DNA of 63,794 bases, the filler included, from Octopus bimaculoides (Eukaryota), in the NCBI RefSeq assembly GCF_001194135.2. It is 11 parts of 11 records of this genome, joined end to end, with 100 filler letters (N's around TTAATTAATTAA, not from the genome) between each part and the next. Parts side by side here need not be neighbours in the genome. Positions count along the whole stretch, not along the records: positions 61,397 to 63,794 come from NW_026422012.1; 10 more parts are not named here. One strand, given 5' to 3'. The stretch's first letter is position 1, and each line of letters starts with the position of its first letter. Positions 63,751 through 63,794 of this stretch are shown one piece after another. The position numbers and the translations under genes were made by a program. The notes under the pieces were generated by a model that saw nothing but the letters and a program-made list of their open reading frames with translations, made no database searches and was not told the DNA's origin.

Positions 63751-63794
63751 CTGAGTCAATATTACATTTCACATTTCCTGTATTCAATGAAAAA

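Overview
AT-rich, gapped draft-genome scaffold from an animal, dense in microsatellites and retroposons. The SINE families and the TTAATTAATTAA spacers inside N-gaps look like an Octopus (cephalopod) assembly; this is from recollection, not a search. Most of the window is (1) simple repeats, (2) dozens of copies of at least three tRNA-derived SINE families, (3) decayed LINE pieces (Tx1/L1, CR1, RTE, R4/Dong, Penelope-like), and (4) DNA transposons (one near-full-length Tc1 relic, several MITEs with TIRs/TSDs). Most ORF-track entries are artefacts of microsatellites or N-runs. Reading by hand gives a probable spliced minus-strand gene of unknown product that the ORF track mostly misses: best exons 58455-58635 and 57438-57532, with weaker phase-compatible candidates between 49.4 and 63.8 kb. 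There are also minimal hammerhead-ribozyme-like motifs with palindromic stem III inside repeats, and recurrent chimeric SINE dimers. No prokaryotic features or CRISPR arrays. I could not establish a novel system; the best leads are the unidentified gene, the variant hammerheads and the SINE chimeras.
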